Origin: a virus
Taxonomy: Duplodnaviria > Caudoviricetes
Length of the DNA: 30,010 bases
IMG/VR virus record: IMGVR_UViG_3300050160_000054
Coordinates: 1 to 30,010 of that record
Direction: 5' to 3' (one strand)
The notes under the pieces are model-generated. The model saw only the letters and a program-made list of their open reading frames with translations, did no database searches and had not been told where the DNA came from. Of this stretch, positions 24,638 to 30,010 are shown in pieces. A program made the position numbers and the translations under genes. Each line of letters opens with the position of its first letter. The stretch's first letter is position 1.

Positions 24638-25327
24638 TTAACGGAAAATGGCAATAGAGATTCGTCCGTCATCCTGTATCGCATTGCTGACCTGATTGCG
24701 AACAGTTAAGGACACTGAACCAGCAAGCGCTGTGGCTGTACTTTTTAAGTGTGCAGAGACACCGTTACCGCCAGCGCCGGTAGAAGCCACAACTGAATAA
24801 AGACCATCCGGAATGGCTGTTGTGAACGTGACCGTGTAATCACCTACGCCGTTACGGGTAACGCTAGAGACATTCCCGCCTGAGGTAGGCGCATTGGTGC
24901 CCGTCAGTGTTCCGTCAAACACACACCAAGCGCGTGCGCCGTAGATTGGAGCACTACCAGTTTGTGCGCCGGATAACTTTGCAGCAGTGATTGCGGCGTT
25001 TGCAATATCAGCAGTCAATACCGAGTTGTCAGGCAAGCCGCCAGCAGTCAGTGCGGTCAGGCTGGTAATGTCGCCGTTTGCACCAGATGCTGCGGCACCG
25101 GTTGGCACACCTGTGGCTAAATTCAGCACATTCACCCAGGCGCTGTTGGCTGCGTTGCGCTGCTTCAAGATGCCGCTGGTAGTGTCTGCCCACCATTGAT
25201 AAGCAAATGTGGTGGCAGGCGCAGTAGCACCGCTGCTGTTGCTGGCCAGAGCTTGCAACGCAGCATTAATGTCTGCCCGCGTTGCAGTAAAGGTCTGATT
25301 ACTAACGTCCATGTCATGCTGTGCCAT
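24638..25327 (-). CDS. Short tail fibre/receptor-binding protein
   Basis: MAQHDMDVSNQ...RADINAALQAL, GANGDITSL, ARAWCVFDG...NVSSVTRNGVGDYTVTF. Confidence 0.75.
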   Translation of the reverse strand: MAQHDMDVSNQTFTATRADINAALQALASNSSGATAPATTFAYQWWADTTSGILKQRNAANSAWVNVLNLATGVPTGAAASGANGDITSLTALTAGGLPDNSVLTADIANAAITAAKLSGAQTGSAPIYGARAWCVFDGTLTGTNAPTSGGNVSSVTRNGVGDYTVTFTTAIPDGLYSVVASTGAGGNGVSAHLKSTATALAGSVSLTVRNQVSNAIQDDGRISIAIFR

Positions 25328-25338
25328 GTGATTCCTCT

Positions 25339-27948
25339 CTAAACAGGTGTTTTGATATCCACAGCCAGCGTGCTAACTGCGATGTTGTGGGTACTGACGC
25401 CGCTGACCAGATCCAGCCGGAACTTGACGGCGCGTGCGGTGATGTCGGCCACAAAGAACGGCGTCCACGGCCCCCACGTGGGGCTGCCGGCGGGGTCGTC
25501 GTTGGTGGTGGCGTAGTACAGGGTGGCGTCACAGTCGTTGATGGCTGTGCCATCAAAGTCGCCGGGCGCATCGTCAAAAAGCCCGGGACGGCTGTCGAAC
25601 AGATCCAGGCTGTCAAAAGACAAAACCTTGATGTCCGCCTCAATGCGGCGAGTAGCCACGGTGACCATGTCGGTGTAAGTGTTAAACAGATACGTGCCGG
25701 CAGTGGCAAAACCGCCATAGCTGTCAAACAAGCCAATGGCCGAATCGAACAAGCCACCCACACTGTCAAAAGTGGCTGTGGTGTCTAGCAGCAGCGAACC
25801 GCCCACAGCAGCCACCCCGGTCTTGCTGCCTGAGAATGCTGGGCTCTGTGTGTTGCTGGCCACGGTGTTGAAGCCTGTGACCATGCCTTCAGCAGCCACA
25901 AAACTCGCCATGGTTGAGCTAAAGCTGCCAGAGGAGTCTTTGAACTTTGCCATGTAGGTGCCGGTGATCAGCGGCAGCAGGCCGCTGGTGGCATCACCAG
26001 CAAACTCATCGAGCACCACACCATCCTGCCAAGTGGCGCCACTGGTTTGGGGGCTGTGGCGCACCACCACGCGCCCACCAATGCGCACATCAAGGTCGGT
26101 GGTCAAATTCCACGCTGCAATGGCTACGCCGCCCACTTTGGTGATACTGAAGTTGTTCACATTGGACGGCGCCGCAATCAAGCCCAATACTTCACGGGTG
26201 ACGGTGGGGCTGTATTCGCTCTTTACGCCGAATGTGTTGACCGCCCGCAGCCGGAACAGGTAAGTGCCGGGCGCCAAGTCTTGCAGCTCATGGCTGGTGT
26301 CTGAGGCCATGGGCAGCACTGTCCAATCCACATCGGTGGAATTGCGGTACTCCAGCACATAGCCCACTACAAAGGCATCATTTACAGGCAGCCAGGTAAC
26401 AATGGCTTTGCTCTTGACGCCCGCGCTGCCGGTGGTTTGGTAGATCTGCTCGGTCACTGTCGGGCCGCCAGGCGCCTCCACCACAAACGGATCACCAAGG
26501 CCGGTATCGGGGGCCGGGTCCACCACGGTCTCCAGCCCGCTATTCCAGTTGTAGCTGGCGGCTGTTTCCTCTTGCAGCACCAGGTTGACACCACCGTCAG
26601 CGCTGAAGCTCCACTCCAACACCTTGAACTCTTTGGTCGACCAGCCAAGCTGGCTGAGGGTGACCATGACGGTATCCATGGTGGCAACCTTGAAGGCGGT
26701 GAGCTTGCACGGCAGCTCCACGGTGATGCCTTGGCGGCTGCGCTCCAGCGTCAGCTTGGCAATGCGCTGGGCTGTAGCTGAGCTGGTGGTGTACGGCATA
26801 ACCGCATCGCGCCAGATGACTTGCCCGCCGTCTTGCGCGGCGTAGGTAGCATTGCTCACCGTGGGGAAGTCGGTCGGCTGCCAATAGGCGTCGGGGTCCA
26901 CAAACGTGCCGCGGACGGCATTGAACAGCTCTTTGCGGCTCAGGCGCGGGCGCACTTTGACAGGGCCGCGCAGGTCATCGGCTGTGAGCGTGACGGCCGG
27001 CGCAGTGTAGGCACCGGCGTGGATCTGATACACACCCGCACTCCAGACCACAAAGCCCGCCATGCTGGTGAGCATGTCTTCCATGATGCTGCGCGGGGTG
27101 TCGCCAGTGTCCACCACGCCGTTGCAGGTGTAGCGGGCCTCTGTGCCACCACCGGCCAAGGCCACGGATTCATCGCACACATTGGCGGCAGCCACCAGCA
27201 AGGCGCTGTCCACCTCAGACGCGGATGCTTCCAGCCCGTAGGCGCTGGTGATGTAGTCACGCACGCACAAGGCGGGGTTGGCACTCCAGGCGGTGAGGCC
27301 GGTGCGGGGGTCGTAGACCTTGCGGCCACGGACCACAGCTTTGATGTTGGGGATGCCGGTGGGAAACGCATCGGCAGACCACTGCAGGCGGATGGCCATG
27401 TAAGCCACACCGGCCAGGCGGTGATCGGCAGTCCAGCCGATGTTGGCAGCCACCAAGTCAGCGTCTGCGACATCGCCAGCGGTGCCCAGATGCTTTTTGA
27501 CCAGCACTTTGCCGGTGTAAGGCGCGGTGGTGGCGTAGCCTGAGCCATCCAGGGCCACTTCCACATCGTTCAAATACAGAGTTTCAATGGCGTCAATCTC
27601 ATGCGCGCCCACCGGCACTACCAGCCAAAGGTATTGATTCGACGTACCAGCCACCCCACCGAACACCAGCGGCCCGGACACCATGGCGCGGCCATAGATG
27701 ACCGTGCGGTTGGCCACACTGGAGCGGATGAGCTGATCACGCCCCTGCACCGATGCTGCAAACGATTTGGACAAGTCGCCTGAGCCCTTCCCCTTAATAG
27801 CGCCATTTGCGGTTTTGCCTAAGCTGTACCCTACGGCGGCGCCTTGGGGGCCACCATATACAAATCCCACCACGGCGCCAACATAGGGCAGAGCGTCGAC
27901 AATGACGTTGCCTACATCCTGGACGGCTTTTTCTACTGCTTGAGGCAT
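25339..27948 (-). CDS. Tail tip/host-specificity protein (gpJ-like, FN3 domain)
   Basis: VIYGRAMVSG, VRGRKVYDPR...WSANPALC, YLFRLRAVNTFG; start MPQAVEK. Confidence 0.85.
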   Translation of the reverse strand: MPQAVEKAVQDVGNVIVDALPYVGAVVGFVYGGPQGAAVGYSLGKTANGAIKGKGSGDLSKSFAASVQGRDQLIRSSVANRTVIYGRAMVSGPLVFGGVAGTSNQYLWLVVPVGAHEIDAIETLYLNDVEVALDGSGYATTAPYTGKVLVKKHLGTAGDVADADLVAANIGWTADHRLAGVAYMAIRLQWSADAFPTGIPNIKAVVRGRKVYDPRTGLTAWSANPALCVRDYITSAYGLEASASEVDSALLVAAANVCDESVALAGGGTEARYTCNGVVDTGDTPRSIMEDMLTSMAGFVVWSAGVYQIHAGAYTAPAVTLTADDLRGPVKVRPRLSRKELFNAVRGTFVDPDAYWQPTDFPTVSNATYAAQDGGQVIWRDAVMPYTTSSATAQRIAKLTLERSRQGITVELPCKLTAFKVATMDTVMVTLSQLGWSTKEFKVLEWSFSADGGVNLVLQEETAASYNWNSGLETVVDPAPDTGLGDPFVVEAPGGPTVTEQIYQTTGSAGVKSKAIVTWLPVNDAFVVGYVLEYRNSTDVDWTVLPMASDTSHELQDLAPGTYLFRLRAVNTFGVKSEYSPTVTREVLGLIAAPSNVNNFSITKVGGVAIAAWNLTTDLDVRIGGRVVVRHSPQTSGATWQDGVVLDEFAGDATSGLLPLITGTYMAKFKDSSGSFSSTMASFVAAEGMVTGFNTVASNTQSPAFSGSKTGVAAVGGSLLLDTTATFDSVGGLFDSAIGLFDSYGGFATAGTYLFNTYTDMVTVATRRIEADIKVLSFDSLDLFDSRPGLFDDAPGDFDGTAINDCDATLYYATTNDDPAGSPTWGPWTPFFVADITARAVKFRLDLVSGVSTHNIAVSTLAVDIKTPV

Positions 27949-28367
27949 TAGCCGACCCTCACGCAAGACTGCAAACCGGAGTGATCCAGCCGCACATATT
28001 CAAGACCTTTGTGGCCCAGCACCGCCACTTGGCTGCCGGTGCACACGCCCAAGTGCTCGCCATACTTGTCATGGAAAACCAGCACATCACCACGGCGGGC
28101 GGTCAGCACGGGCGATGGCGGCACGCCAATCACCTTGGCGGCAGCGGCCTCCAGCGTGGCGCCATGCTTGGCCAGCACCTCCACAGCCTCGCGGCGGGTC
28201 GTGTAGCCGGCAAAGTGCGACCAAAAGTCAACCCCGCACATGGCGGCAATGCACTGGCAGGTAAAGCGCAGGCAGTCATGCACGCCGATCTGGTAGGGCT
28301 TGGACTGGGCGGCAGCCACTTGCGCGGCAAGCTGCTCGGGCCAGTCTTGGTGGCGGGTGAGTTGCAT
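27948..28367 (-). CDS. Tail-tip NlpC/P60-like protein
   Basis: DWPEQL...GVHDCLRF...ARRGDV...HLGVC. Confidence 0.75.
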   Translation of the reverse strand: MQLTRHQDWPEQLAAQVAAAQSKPYQIGVHDCLRFTCQCIAAMCGVDFWSHFAGYTTRREAVEVLAKHGATLEAAAAKVIGVPPSPVLTARRGDVLVFHDKYGEHLGVCTGSQVAVLGHKGLEYVRLDHSGLQSCVRVG

Positions 28368-28369
28368 GC

Positions 28370-28927
28370 TTAGTACCCCCACCGCAGTGATTTCTCGACC
28401 ATCTGGGGCACAAATTCAAAGCCCTTGTCAGTGGCATCGGTGATGGCCTGGTCGGCGGCGTTGTAGCGGCGCACCCGGGGGCGGTCCCAGTCAGCCAGGC
28501 GGCTCTCAGCACTCACGGTGATGGTGGCGGTGCTGCCGATTTCCACATCCATGGTGTCCATGCGCCCGGAAAACACCAGCGCGGGATCGGGCAACACGGC
28601 ATAGCCCTCATCGAGCGGAGCCAGCCACACCTTGCAGGAGCGGCCCTGATACTGCTGGCCCAGTGCGGTGGCGATATTGGCGCTATCGATGCCGGTGATG
28701 GTGAACTTGAGGCTGCGGGCCTCCAAGGTCATGCCCTCGCTGACAGCATCGATGCTGCCCAGCCGGCCAATACCCAGCCAGGTGTAGCCATTCCAGCTCA
28801 TAGACTGGGCGGAGTTGTTGACGCGCAGAAAGCCGCCAGGGAAATCCATTTCCACAAACACCACGCCGCGCACTTGAGCTGCGGCAAGGGCATTGGAAGC
28901 GGCGGTGGTAAGTGAACGGCCGGCCAT
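28370..28927 (-). CDS. Minor tail/tail-tip hub protein
   Basis: WNGYTWLGIG...FSGRMDTM...ESRLADWDRPRVRRY...DKGFEFV. Confidence 0.75.
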   Translation of the reverse strand: MAGRSLTTAASNALAAAQVRGVVFVEMDFPGGFLRVNNSAQSMSWNGYTWLGIGRLGSIDAVSEGMTLEARSLKFTITGIDSANIATALGQQYQGRSCKVWLAPLDEGYAVLPDPALVFSGRMDTMDVEIGSTATITVSAESRLADWDRPRVRRYNAADQAITDATDKGFEFVPQMVEKSLRWGY

Positions 28928-29529
28928 TACCAAGCCTCCGTGGCAGAAATGGCAAAGCTGCTGATCAGCGCGGGGGCGGTGGACCAGCGCACGGTGTCTT
29001 CATCGAGCTTGAAAACGCCTTTGGGCTTGTTGGTGGTGATGACTGCGGCATTGGCCGGGCTAGCGCGCAGTGGCGGCTCAAAGGTGACGGAGGCAGCGCC
29101 TGAGCCGTTGGATACTGCGTCGGCCACCACCATTTTGAGCTCGCCATTGACTTCAAAGAAGTCGCCAGCCTTCAGCACGGCGGCACTGACCGGCCAGCCA
29201 GTGGTGGTCAACGTGGTGCCTGTCTGCCCTGCCCCGCTGACAACCGGCGAGCCACCAGCCACGCCGCGGGGAATGGGGTGCGCCATGTTGTGCATGTAAA
29301 AGCGGCCGGACTGGCCGCGCAGCTTGACCAACCATGCGCGCAGCAACGCCGCATCATCAGGGTGCAGGTTGTTCATGGGGAAGCTGAACTGCCAGCGGGC
29401 ACCGGGCAGTTCCAGCGTTTGCACGCTGCCGGACAAGGGGCTACTGAATGTCTGGGTATTGCTCACCAGTGCCCATTCCAGCGTGGCTGGGCCTGAGCGC
29501 GTGAGGGTGGGCCATGTGTGGATGGTCAT
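28927..29529 (-). CDS. Distal tail protein
   Basis: FSSPLSGSVQT...GARWQF...LKAGDFF...FEPPLR; directly downstream of the tape measure. Confidence 0.75.
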   Translation of the reverse strand: MTIHTWPTLTRSGPATLEWALVSNTQTFSSPLSGSVQTLELPGARWQFSFPMNNLHPDDAALLRAWLVKLRGQSGRFYMHNMAHPIPRGVAGGSPVVSGAGQTGTTLTTTGWPVSAAVLKAGDFFEVNGELKMVVADAVSNGSGAASVTFEPPLRASPANAAVITTNKPKGVFKLDEDTVRWSTAPALISSFAISATEAW

Positions 29530-30010
29530 GCGTAAACCCCGCCGGCACGGCGGCTCTGTTGAATGGTGGCCAGCGTGGATTGCTTGGCCTGCTCCATGGC
29601 GGCAAGGATGGTGGCCTGGTCAGAACGGCTGTCGATATTGATGTTTTGCACCACCGTGACGGCGCTGCCGCCTGTGCCGGTTTGGCCTTTGGTGTGGTCG
29701 AGCACAGTTTCTTGTGGGTGCAGCAAAGCCATGAAGCCGCCTTTGCCGTCAAGCCCGCCGGTGCGCGCGCCGTTGCCGGTGCTGCCTCCACCATCGAAGC
29801 TGAGAATGCTGGAAATGAAATCAGCAATGCCGCCACCAGAACCACCACTGCCACCGCCCAGGTAGGAACCCAAGCTCTCCATGGCGGCTTCGCTCAGTGC
29901 GGTGGCCGCCCGGGTGAACATGATGTTTTCCAGCGCATCGCCAAAAGCCTTGAGCGGATCGCCGGAGCTGTCGCGGAAGGCGGCGCTGAAGGCGCCCTTC
30001 AGATCGTTTT
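29526..30010 (-). CDS. Tail tape measure protein, C-terminal part (partial)
   Basis: Frame open to the window end; FDGGGSTG...GGLDGKGGFMALLHPQETVLDH motif. Confidence 0.85.
   Translation of the reverse strand, partial: NDLKGAFSAAFRDSSGDPLKAFGDALENIMFTRAATALSEAAMESLGSYLGGGSGGSGGGIADFISSILSFDGGGSTGNGARTGGLDGKGGFMALLHPQETVLDHTKGQTGTGGSAVTVVQNINIDSRSDQATILAAMEQAKQSTLATIQQSRRAGGVYA

Larger units (their letters stand above)
1..30010. mobile_element. Temperate lambda-like siphophage genome segment in un-integrated (attP) arrangement
   Basis: Portal/terminase, primase, CI/Cro, integrase, lysis and tail modules are present with no host genes. int and the lysis cassette are directly joined across a tRNA-derived att core. 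Confidence 0.95.

Noticed and set aside
24638-27948. Third VR in tail fibre or tail tip genes
   Set aside because: No TR-like sequence seen by eye; a remote target outside this window is not excluded.

Overview
The whole window is ~30 kb of a temperate, lambda-like siphophage. The host is probably betaproteobacterial (inferred). The phage is in the un-integrated (attP) configuration. From left to right: head and packaging genes on the minus strand (portal, gpW-like adaptor, Mor-type late activator, GpA-type TerL, TerS); a P4-like primase/helicase with an iteron-rich origin; CII, two Cro-like genes, CI and an HNH moron with TAAGCG-N3-CGCTTA operators; a long plus-strand early operon; xis/int; an attP containing the 3' half of tRNA-Val(CAC); then lysis and tail genes on the minus strand, cut off in the tape-measure gene. 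The main feature is a complete diversity-generating retroelement inside the early operon. One 89-bp template repeat (17299-17387) feeds two variable repeats (16115-16203, 16619-16707), and all 24 mismatches fall on template adenines. The targets are small DUF1566/C-lectin-like proteins, not tail fibres. The template repeat lies inside the open frame leading into the RT, which is translationally coupled to avd. Target 1 and the primase each carry a +1 frameshift that looks like a short deletion. All calls were made by eye from motifs; no database searches were run.
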